Origin: Azolla caroliniana
Taxonomy: Eukaryota; Plantae; Polypodiophyta
Length of the DNA: 64,000 nucleotides
Direction of reading: 5' to 3'
Assembly (NCBI GenBank): GCA_043228905.1
Contig: JBHGNT010000017.1
Location: 7,874,001 to 7,938,000 of the forward strand
Shown here: positions 25,342 through 37,146 of the stretch, in pieces
Layout: each line of letters opens with the position of its first letter
Position numbering within the stretch: the stretch's first letter is position 1
Translations under genes and position numbers: made by a program
The notes under the pieces: generated by a model
Databases searched by the model: none
Seen by the model: the letters and a program-made list of their open reading frames with translations, nothing else
What the model was told of the DNA's origin: nothing

Positions 25342-28300
25342 GTGAGTCGAGTTTTTTCAGCACAAGTCGAGCTTACCACATCTACATGTCATCGAGTCCT
25401 AGCCTCTGCCCTTCTAGATTCTGGAGCCAACTCTTGTTTCATGGATCGTGAATTTGCCTTGTCACAAAACATCCTCTTGAATAAGCTTCCCAGCCCAGTA
25501 GTCGTAGGAGTCATTGATGGACGTCCCATAGCATTAGGAGATATAGTCGAGGAGTCCGAGCGAATTAGGATAGTTCTTGGCAATTTGGCAAGCATAATCT
25601 CTTTCAACATTATTTGTAGTCCGGAACACCCAATAGTTCTAGGTCTCCCCTGGTTTGAACTCCATAACCCGAAGATTGATTGGATGAAAAGAACAATTGC
25701 GGAGACCCGGGAAAAAAGCACAAACCCTGCATCCCTCTCTCCTACATGTGATAATAGATCCCCGGAGTTATCGCCCATCTCTTTACGACAGTTGTGGGAG
25801 GAAGGGGGGAACGAGGCCATGTTTGTCTTCGCAATAATAGCAACTCCATCATCCACTTCATGCGAGGCGGATATTAAACTACCAGAGAAATACAAGGAGT
25901 TTTCAGATGTCTTTGATAAGGTGAAGGCCAATACATTGCCGGAGCATCGGCCATACGACTGCCCTATTGACTTACAACCAGGGAAAGAACCTCCATGGGG
26001 CCCAATTTATAATCTCTCCCCTGTAGAGCTAGAAACTTTGCGGGAATATATTGATGAGAATCTGGCAAACGGATTCATTCGGCATTCTAGATCCCCTACT
26101 GGTGCACCTATCTTCTTCGTTAAGAAGAAGAATGGGACTCTTCGGTTGGTCGTGGATTATCGAGGGCTAAACAAAGTGACTATCCGAAATAGATATGCTC
26201 TACCATTAATCCTGAATCTTTTGGAACGTCTCAGTGGTGCAAAATATTTCACGAAGTTGGACCTTCACGGAGCATATAATCTAGTTCGGATTCGCCCGGG
26301 GGATGAATGGAAAATAGCTTTCCGCACCCGCTATGGACATTTTGAGTATACAGTGATGCCATTCGGTCTCACGAATGCACCTATTGTTTTCCAACATATG
26401 GCGAACGATATTTTTCAAGATTTTCTTGATATCTTCACTATAGTTTACCTAGATGATATTTTAATCTACTCAAAGACCCAAGAGGAGCATGATGAACATG
26501 TTCGTCAGGTACCGCGTCGACTCCGAGAATATGGTCTCTACGCAAAATTAGAAAAGTGTAGTTTCGGCCAAAATCAAGTGGAATTTTTGGGGTATGTTGT
26601 ATCGTCAAATGGTATTGCTATGGACCCCATGAAGGTACAAGCAATTTTAGAGTGGCAAACGCCCCTTTTAGTGCGTGACGTGCAATGTTTTCTCGGGTTT
26701 GCAAATTTTTATCGAAAATTTATTAAAGATTATTCCAAGGTTGTGCTTCCGCTTACTTAGCTCACACATAAAGATCGACCATTTATATGGAGTTCAGATG
26801 CAGCCCAGGCATTCGAAAGCTTAAAACGAGCATTTACAACGGCACCTATCTTAGCACATGTCGACCCAACAAAACGCTTCATCCTCGACGCCGATGCATC
26901 CGATTTTGCACTAGGGAGTGTCCTCTCGCAAACTGGAGATGATGGACAACTACACCCTATCGCCTTTCATTCACGAAAGTTCGAAGCTGCAGAGATCAAC
27001 TACGAGATCCATGACAAAGAGCTTCTTGCAATCGTGGATTCGTTTCAACAATGGTGACATTTCCTAGAAGGTTCTTCTCAGCAGATCATTGTCTACAATG
27101 ATCATAAGAACCTGACTTATTTCCAAAATGCTCAAGTCTTGAGTCGGCGACAAGCCCAATGGGCACAAATTTTGACTCACTTCGATTTTATCATCATATA
27201 TCGCCCTAGGATGCAGCAAGGCAAAGCAGATGCTCTTTCTCGGCGCTCTTATATGGAACTTCGTCCAGGGGAACTTGCATTTGAGCATCAAAAACAAATC
27301 CTTTTGGGTCCTAATTGATTACGATTAATGGTAGTTAACGCCATAACAACTCTTGAAAATTCCACTCTTCTTTATTCCATTCGAGATCATATGGCCACTA
27401 ATGATTTCGCCAAGGATGCTTTGGATCATATCGTCCCGGATCGTGCTTCTTGCTCACGGTCGAAAAATCCTCGTAATGACTATTGTCAGTTCTATTGGCA
27501 TGGTGGTTTTCTATTTCGACAAAATTTATTGTATGTTCCTGATGGTCCCCCACGACTACAAGTTTTGCAACATTGCCATGACTCACCAATGGCTGGTCAT
27601 TTTGGAGTTCACAAGACTCTAGAATTAATTTCTCGACGCTATTGGTGGCCTCGCCTTCGTCATTTTGTTGAGGAGTATGTTCGGAGTTGTGATATATGTT
27701 GTCGATCAAAGAATCCTTGTCACCGACCCTATGGCTTACTACAACCACTTCCCATTCCGGAAACTCCTTGGAAGTCTATATCCTTGGACTTCATTACTGA
27801 TCTCCCAGTTTCAAAAGGTTTTGATGCAATTCTCACAGTGGTTGATCGATTTACCAAAATGGCACATTTCTTGCCATGTACAAAGTCGATTACTAGTTAG
27901 GAGGCGGCTGATCTCGTTATGCGGGAGGTATTTAAGCATCATGGTCTACCGGATGATATTATTAGTGATCGTGGTCCACAATTCATCTCAAAGTTTTGGA
28001 AGCACTTGTTCAAACTTCTCCACATTTCAGTTAAGCTTTCTTCGGGCTATCATCCTGAAACAAATGGCCAAACAAAGCGTACCAACCAGACATTGGAACA
28101 ATATCTTCGTTGTTTCATCAACTATCAACAAGATGATTGGGTTGCTTTTTTGCACTTGGCGGAATTCACTTACAACAACTCAGCCCATTCTTCTACAGGA
28201 TATTCCCCATTTTTCGCAAATACGGGCTATCATCCTCGGTGGACGATGAATGCGCATCCAGAAGTTCCTACCAACCCTGCTGCCGAGGATCGTCTTAGTC

Positions 28301-28875
28301 GCCTCCAAGAAATTCAAGCTAACATTCTCCACAATTTGCACGATGCTCAATTTACACACAAGAGGCTTGCCGATCGTCATCGTCTAGACTCCTCAAAAAA
28401 GTTCCGCATTTGGGATCATGTATGGCTTCTCCAACACAACATCAAGACCACTCGACCTTGCAGTAAATTGGATTACCAACGTTTTGGCCCTTACATGATC
28501 ACTGGTAAGATAAGTGATGTTGCATTTCGTCTTGCCCTCCCTCCGCACATTCATTTTCATCCGGTGTTTCATGTATCCCTTTTGGAACCTTATACTACAA
28601 GTTCAATTCCGGGCCGACTTACGACACCCCCACCACTTGTCGAGTTCTTGGACGGGCCTGAATTTGAAGTTGATGCCGTTCTCGATTCTAAAATCGTGTG
28701 CAACAAGCTGTATTACTTAGTTGATTGGCTAGGTTATACCCCTAATGATCGAACTTGGGAACCTGCCGCAAATCTTTCCAATGCATTTCATCGCCAATAT
28801 CCTTGTAAACCAGGTCCTAATACAAACCCTACGACCCGTGAGACGTGTCGTCGAAGAAGGGGGATAATGTCATGA
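25342..28875 (+). pseudogene. pol (PR-RT-RH-IN-chromodomain) of the Tcn1-like element, several nonsense mutations
   Basis: [45 protein letters not shown]. Chromodomain FEVDAVLDS..YYLVDWLGY..TWEP. Confidence 0.93.
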
Positions 28876-29842
28876 TAACACTCACATCATGCATCGAAAG
28901 GATCATGACACTCACATTATGACTCGAAAGGATTTGAACCCACGACCTTGTTGTACACATGTCAAATCCTTAACCATTGTATTAATATTCTTATATGTAT
29001 AGTCTCTAGAATATGAAATCTAATATCATAGGAATATTCTATATTACTCTACATTCTAGAATGATCTAGAATATTCTAGAGTGTTCTATACCACTAGAAA
29101 CTTCTAGAATACTCTAGAGATCTTCTAGATTACTCTACATTCTAGGATAACCTAGAATATTCTAGAATGTTCTCTCTTACTTATAAATAGGGATCTACCA
29201 CCCATCCCAAACCTAAATTGGTTCAACACCATTTTGTAGCCTACTCTTTGTAATCCATTTTACGCTTCAATATAATAATTCTCTTTCAATTATCTCTCTA
29301 TCTCTTTTTCTCTCTTTCTCTCTCTCAGTCTTGACAGTCATCGACATTCCTCTGCTTTCCCAAGTTGACCCCTCAAGTCATTGTCAATGGAGGTATGAAG
29401 CTATGAAAGAAACCATGTGCAATTGCCATTGGTTCCCACATGATAATACAAGTTTCCTTTCATTTACTTATCTAGGTCTCAAGCATAAGCCGTTCACATT
29501 TGATATTTTCCAATTAATCTTATTGTATTTCGTTGTCGATTTAAGGACTTTCAGATAAATATATTAGATAAAAAAACAAAGAATGGCAGCCCAAACCTAC
29601 AATATATCCATCATACATCTTAAATGTCCAATAGAAATCAATCCTCTTGCACACAATGTTTATGATTTTGTATATTATTTGTGTGCAACAGAAGTTTTCC
29701 TAATGCAACAGAAATGCTACCGGTATCACATCCACCAAAGATGTCTTTCCATCATTTTGACCCAATTAAGGAAAGCTCCATTTCCTGCTGGAAGAAAAAG
29801 GCGCATTTATCCAATAAAACTCTCTCTCTCTCTCTCTCTCTC

Positions 29843-32800
29843 TTTTGGTAAAAGCACACAATTATATTAATTGTATGTAAAATCCACTTAGTTACAACAC
29901 TTCTTAGTCTCCTCTACCTATCATATGCCTATGTAGGGAGAGGGACGTTCTATAATACTACTAAAAAACCTGAATATGCATTTGAGGAAATGATCCCCAC
30001 ATGCTCTAACATCCAAAAATTCCACATGAGAATTCCTTTAAGCTTCTTTATATAGGCTTTCACCCCATGTCTATTATCAAACATGAAAGCATTACACATA
30101 TTCCAATTGTGTTGTAGACCCCAATAACGTAAAAATTGGAACAATATCTCCATCTCATCATTTGATCCATTTTGAACATATTGAGAAAAAACCCATTGTT
30201 GAGGTCTCAAACAACAACGGGTTAAAACTTGCCAAATGTCCGATAAGTACTTCCAAATGGCACACGGTATAGGACATTTAATGAACCTATGTGTACTATT
30301 CTCCAATGGAACGGTGCAAAAGAAACAAGTGTCAGACCCAAGTCCTCGTCTCTTTAAGGCCGAACCTAATGGGAGCCCACCAATCATGACTCTCCATATG
30401 AATACCTTTGCACGAAATGGTAGATGGGAATGTTAACCACGTTGTACTATTTTCCACCACCTTGCATCTGACTTATATACATTCCACAACTTCGTTGCTT
30501 TAGGAGATAGCCAAGATAATGATGTCATCGCATGATGATACAATATATTTGTAGTGACCTGTAACAAGCGTGTACCATCTTGTAACCGCCAATCTACCCA
30601 AGGTGCAAAATTGGTTTTCAATGGCAACAATCCTTGCAACAATGGTATGTCATGTAATTTCTCCCAAATAAATCCATAATTTGGGGGAATACATAACCAT
30701 CTCTTGGCATCTTCAAAATCCGACAACCTTTGAGATTCATTATCAACCACATCTTCCAAATGTACAATCCCCAATCGAAATAAAGGATTGAATTGAGATC
30801 TCAACTTCTCTTTACCATGCCAAAACAACACTCGAGAAGAAACAAGCAATTCGTTTTGTAATGAATTACAATATTCTTGATCACTTGATGGTCCCCATTC
30901 AAAAAGAGATATTGTATCTTGCCACGATCTTACCAAATGTTGTCCACATACAGAATGTCGAATCTTTAGAGGAATACTTCCATTCAGTAGTGACCACCAT
31001 GACGCTTGAATCTTTGCTTTCCCATGCACCAATCCTTCATGCTGAATAAAATATTGCATCATATATATCCACGGTTGATCTTGTTGACATATATCTCATA
31101 ATAATGTAAATCTACGAGCCATCAAATGCCTTTCCAAATCCAATATTGCTGCACCACCTAACCTTTTAGGAGTAGCCAAATGGTCCCATGAAATCCATGT
31201 AACTCCCATCATTTCTCCCTTCCGCCACAACATGAACCGAATAGGTTGTAACATGCTTTGTAATGCCTTCTTAGTCCAATGAAGTAAAGGAAAAAAATAT
31301 AATAACATGGGTATCAAGATACATTGCACCACTTTGAGTCGTACATGAAAGGGCCATAATTGAGACTTCCAATACATAAATTTGTCCCTCAATTTACTAC
31401 CAATCTAATCAATCAATTGAACATTTGTAACATCAATGTCCAATGGATAACCCAACTGTCGATAAATTGAACCTCGTGTAATCACTGACCCTCGCCATCC
31501 CAAACATTCCAAATCACTCTCCGTACAAGAAATGAGGTGAGATTTCCTCCAGTTTATATACAACCCTGAAGCCAAAGCAAATTGATCCCAAACTTGCATA
31601 CTCCTTTTAAGATTTTCTTTTGAGGCTTGTAAAAACATAAAAGAATCATCTGCCAATGCTTGTGCCACCAATTGTCCACCAGAAGGAAGATGCAAACCCA
31701 CAATATCACCACTGGCCGCAAGATTTGACAACATTACTAACAAAGGATGTGTAACAATAGCAAATAACAATGGGCTTAGTGGACATCCTTGCCGCACAGA
31801 TCTAGTAAGAAACACTTTCGAAGTGACTCCACCATTAAGCATCACACGGGAGGTTGCATTTTGCCCTAGCAAAAAGATAAGTCGATACATATGAGGACCA
31901 AACCCCATATTATACATCACACCTGAGAGGAAAGACCAATTAACATGATCATATGCTTTTTCCAAATCTAATTGCACCATAACCATTTCTTGATGCGTAT
32001 GTCGAGCATAATCAGTCGCCATTTGAACATTCAAAACATTATGGAATATATTTCTACCTGTAATAAAACCATATTGAGATGGATGAATAAGTTGAGGTAA
32101 GAACTTCTTAAGTCTATTGGACAATATCTTTGCAAACACTTTGTACAACCCTCCCATCAATGAAATAGGCCTCCATTGATGAAATGACTCCGGAGATGGT
32201 ACCTTTGGTATCAATTTGATTAAGCCCACCTTCCGGCTCTTAGGCATGAAACCAAAATCCCAACATTGTTGAAACATTTGTGTGAATGGACTCTTAAGCA
32301 TGCTAGCATACTTCTTAAAAACTTCATTTGTAACACTATCCCAGCCATGGCTTTTACCATTTGGAAGGTGTAACAATACCTTTTCCACCTCAACTTCTTC
32401 AAAATCAGCATCCAATTCTTGACAAATATTTGTATTCACGACACTCCCAATTACATTATAAAACTCGTCGTGCTTTCAAGACATTCTCATTAATAATCAA
32501 CTCTGGCCCAATCAAATTCTTAAAATGAGTAATACATAACTCAATAACCTTGACCGGGTCTACAACAATGTCATCCCCTATCTTAATTTGTATCACATTT
32601 GAACGAGCATATGGTGGTCTTAATCCTTGAAAAAACATATGAGATTGTGATTGATTATCTATAAATCCCTCCTTTAATTGACGTAGTCTTGTGTGTTGAT
32701 AACTTTGACAAGACAAATTCTTCACAATGTCTTGTACTTGAACTTGAACATCCAAAAACTTTTTATCATGTGGATTATTCATCAATAGTACATTGCACCG

Positions 32801-35340
32801 CATAAAAATATATGAAAACTTATCAATCTATTTCTTACGTCTTTTAGCATTAGTCATACCATAAATACGACGAATATCATTGATGTTTTGTAGTGTTGTA
32901 TCCCATGCATGCCATCATTTTGAAATAACTTGTTCTGAAAACATGCCAAAAATTTGTTGCATATAGGCATCAAATAAAGAATGTAATAATAAAGAAGAAT
33001 TAAACCTCAAAGGAACTCGTTGAAGCAATGTTTTGTACATATCTACCCCATGTTTATTAAACTCAAAACATATGGGAAAATGATCCAATGTCACAACCTC
33101 TTGCATAATTGACATATTAAGCATCTTTGGCAAAAAGGACTCATCATGCATAACATACATTCTATCTAACCTACTCCATGTTTCCTTGTATTGTATAGAC
33201 TGAAATGTAAACCCAACCTCATCTTGATGCAACCATTTCCATACATCCAACTTCAAAACCTCTGATGCCAATTTGTCCCAAACTGCTTGCTTAGGAGAAT
33301 CCATCAATGAGAATCGTGAAGTAGATTGTGAAGCATCAACACACTACGTTGATTAGCATTATTGGGTGCATAGATTCCTACCAACCATATCAAATCCTCA
33401 AAATACTTGACTTCCATCACCAAAAAACATCCATATGGATCATTATAGACTATATGTGGAAAAAACGAATCACGAATAATCATGACAACCCTTGAGTAAT
33501 GATGTGATAACCATCATGCATAATATGCGGAATATCCATGCAAATGTAACACAGATCCTGCCAAATCATGACACTTATGTTCAACTGCACATAAAACATC
33601 CCAATCTTTATCAATTAAAGTTTTCCATAATATATATTTCTTATGAGGAGAAGATGCCCCTCTCACATTCCAGGATACCACTTTCATTTAACACCTTTGG
33701 TAAGAACTTGCTCTTTATGAGCAAGTGTATTCATGAATGTACTAACTACTTGTTCAAGGGCTGCATAAGGATTTGTGTGTACTACATCCCCTCCATCAAT
33801 ATTAGGGTTTTGTTGTCTAGCTCCACGAGAACGAAGTCCTTGATTTAATTGAGGCCGTACCACCCTTCCTGAAGAATCAAATTGTAATTTGTTGGACAAT
33901 CTCTGATTTCGCACTTGTTTCTGCCAAGGATTTTTCTTAAACCCCTCCTTCCTTCCATCTCAAATTATCTTTTGGTAATGTCGTACCATAAGTATTTTTT
34001 GATTCCCTTTATATGGCAACCCCCTTCCCTTTTATCTTATGCTTCACTTGATGCCACTCTCCATCTTCAACATTTGGGCCATTATTATTACATACTCCAT
34101 TCTCCTCCCCAACACCTCTAACATGACCATGAACTTTAGGATCTCGCTCTAACCCATGAGATGTTCCCTCATCCATGACCATATCAACCATTGAGACCAT
34201 CTTCGTTATTTTTCCCTTTGACATTATTTTCTCGGGATAGTTCACCATGATATTGGCATTCAGCCATAAAATGCCCCAATTTACCACATTTAAAACAATG
34301 TCCCGCAAAAGTTTCCCATTGAAACTTAAAACGAAATCGACCAAATCGAGATGTATCGATACACAACCATCCTGGAAGTTTACAACTTGTATCCCATAAC
34401 ATGCAAAATCTACATTTGTTCAACGAATTAACATGAGGAGCAACCAAAACTTTACCAATTTGGGACATCAATCCTGGCAGTAAATCCCAAAAGAATGAGT
34501 TATTACAATCAATGGTCACCCAAATTGGACATTGTTGTTTTAATAAATCTTTATAATCCACCATTGGAACCCATTCCATCACATGCACCAATTTTCTATC
34601 AAAAAAGATTGGTACCTTTGCCATCAAAGCCGTACGGTGTTCTGACGATCGAAAAACTACATCATAGAAACCTCTTGGACCCACATACACATCCTCAACA
34701 CAATTAGGCATTATGAATGAATTTTAGGCATTATGAATGAATTCAACCACTGCTTAATCCATGATACCAAAGGAAGTTTGCTAGTGAAATACAAAATAAC
34801 ACCACGATCATAGAACTTGTCAAAAGTTGCTAACACAGAGTTGGTCTCCATCAACACCTCGACAACATCCTCCTCCACACAATCTTTAGCATCTTTCTCA
34901 TATTTTTTCATAAAATCAGAAAGCAAAGCCTTAACAAAATCACGACGACTGTCAATATCATAATCATCTCCAATAACATCTTTCCCACCAAGAATAGCAG
35001 CATATGATATGTTTTCTCATGTTTTGTATAATCAATACACTTTTTCCTCTTGTAATTTTCATAACCATCATCACTACCACATCCATCAACAATCATCAAC
35101 TCACTTCCTGTTGTTGTGTCAGCCATCCTAATAGCGATTGAGAGAACTAACTTGAGACGATGACACTTTTGCTTGCAGCTTCTTGTAACGATAATGAAGC
35201 ATACCGTCCAAGTAATCCTTGGAAAGCCCTCTGAACGAGCTTCACAATGAGCCAAAAATCATAAAAAACGGAGTTCTGAGGACAAAGTTACATCAGAAAC
35301 ATGTTTCAACACTATTCTTGAAACGTCATCGCGTTTTTCG
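29843..35340 (-). mobile_element. Apparently full-length L1-clade LINE (degenerate ORF1 and ORF2) flanked by (TC)n
   Basis: ORF1 about 35126-33690 with knuckle CFKCGKLGHFMAEC. ORF2 has endonuclease (SRLDRMYV, DHFPI), RT (WRPISL, LDLEKAYDHV, SVRQGCPLSPLLF, ADD) and zinc finger CFFC..E..H.F..C. (TC)11 and (TC)12 lie on the two sides. Confidence 0.92.
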
Positions 35341-35566
35341 TCTCTCTCTCTCTCTCTCTCTCTCAGCAAATGCTACCATGACAATTAACAAACATATAGA
35401 AAAAAATTTTGAGAGCAAAATCAAAATTGAGTCTATACCAACGACTCATTAAGGGAGTTACATCAAGAACATAAAAACACATCAGATTTCAATAAACTAT
35501 TAAAAAGAAGTAGAAAAAACAATATCCCAAAGGTCAGAAGTAGAATAAACCATTAAGTAGAACGTT

Positions 35567-35944
35567 TCAAGGCTCTACAATAGTAACCTCTACTTCCACT
35601 CTAGGTTCAATTGTGATGGAGGTAATCTATTTAATAACCTCAAAAGAAATATGGAGATCAATTACTCTTTTATGCACTCGGAGCTCAAACTTGCCAAAAA
35701 TATTTGTTCCTTCACCACAAGGAGACTTGTGAGTTGTGATGCGAAGCACCTTGATACACATTCTGATAGGTCCTTTCATTTAAAGAATCTTTTCCTTGGC
35801 AACATGAACCAAATCAACACAAACTTGTTCTAAATTTTTAATACTCTTTGAAAAAAGAGTGATACGAATCTTGTGTAATGCCTCATGTGGTTCTTCAATA
35901 CCCAACTTTCTAGGCTTCACAACTGATGGCATAGTCATTATCAT
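35567..35944 (-). pseudogene. RPS20: Processed pseudogene of 40S ribosomal protein S20 (uS10)
   Basis: Intronless and full-length: [53 protein letters not shown]...ITSITIEP.VEVEVTI. Two premature stops. Confidence 0.9.
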
Positions 35945-35985
35945 TCAGTATAATCGATCCCCCGAGACAGACACCAATAAGGTCG

Positions 35986-36125
35986 TGTCATGATGACACT
36001 TACATACGATTTGGGTTTACAAGGAATCGCACCCACAACCTTGTTATATACGTGTCGTGTTCTTAACCATTGTAATGATATATTTATGTGTAAAGAACTT
36101 ATAAACTATATAGAATATCATAATG
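35986..36125 (+). mobile_element. 5' fragment of a Tcn1-like LTR (second copy at 36618-36757)
   Basis: Starts TGTCATGATGACAC. Shares GGA.T.GAACCCAC.ACCTTGTT.TA.ACATGTC..CTTAACCATTGTA with the LTR at 23558. Confidence 0.75.
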
Positions 36126-36228
36126 TATTGCACTGGAAGATGGAATACAATGAGTAAACAACAAGGGAGCTCTTGAATGGCGATGATAGGTTGCTTGCTG
36201 AGTGGCGGAAAGAGAAGCTACTTCTGCT

Positions 36229-36267
<39 letters not shown>

Positions 36268-36367
36268 CCCTACATTAACATGTTTTGAGCAAAGGTATGA
36301 GACAACACAGACGGGTGCACAAAGAGTGAGATAGATAGATAGATAGATTATATTATCGTCTTCAGAG

Positions 36368-36877
36368 GTGATGCAAAGCACCTTGATAGGCATTCTGATA
36401 GGTCCTTTCATTTGAAGCATCTTTTCCTTGGCAACATGAACCAAATCAACACAAACTTGTTCTAAATTTTTAATACTCTTTGAAGAAAGAGTGATACGAA
36501 TCTTGTGTATTGCCTCATGTGGTTCTTCAATACCCAACTTTCTAGGCTTCACAACTGATGGCATAGTCATTATCATTCAGTATAATCGATCCCCCGAGAC
36601 AGACACCAATAAGGTCGTGTCATGATGACACTTACATATGATTTGGGTTTACAAGGAATCGAACCCACAACCTTGTTATATACATGTCGAGTTCTTAACC
36701 ATTGTAATGATATATTTATGTGTAAAGAATTTATAAACTATATAGAATATCATAATGTATTGCACTAGAAGATGGAATACAATGAGTAAACAACAAGGGA
36801 GCTCTTGAATGGCAATGATAGGTCGCTTGTTGAGTGGCAGAAAGAGAAGCTACTTCTGCTGATCTCTCTCTCTCTCT
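36368..36877. repeat. Duplicate of 35736-36245 (5' two-thirds of the RPS20 retrocopy plus a Tcn1-like LTR fragment)
   Basis: Near-identical copy at a 632-bp offset. ORF 36118-36576 contains the RPS20 N-terminus. Confidence 0.9.
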
Positions 36878-37146
36878 ATCTTCAAAGCTCTCTATAAGTT
36901 CACTCCGGCCATAGTTTTCTATGTTCTATAGCTCGTTGGAAAGCTCTTTGAGAGAGCTTTCTAAAGAATGTTCATTTACTGAATTCCGTTATGGTGGCGA
37001 GAAGTTATGAGCATTTTCATCCGCAATCATCTTTGCCCCACGGTTCCTCAAACGGAAGGTAGATTTTGAAGCCCTAAATCGAGTGAAAGGTACATTCTCT
37101 CTCCTTCCCTCTCTGTCTCTCTCTTCTCGTAGGGTTTGTCCCTACA

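Larger units (their letters stand above)
23558..29336 (+). mobile_element. Full-length Tcn1-like chromovirus (Ty3/gypsy)
   Basis: LTRs at 23558-24042 and 28868-29336 (TGTCA...TGACA, about 5 substitutions plus one SSR indel). TSD GTCAT. PPT GAAGAAGGGGGATAA. gag-pol with a C-terminal chromodomain. Confidence 0.97.

Noticed and set aside
36118-36576. Functional RPS20 gene
   Set aside because: It is truncated after KVLCIT and runs into a LINE tail and microsatellite; the full-length copy has premature stops.
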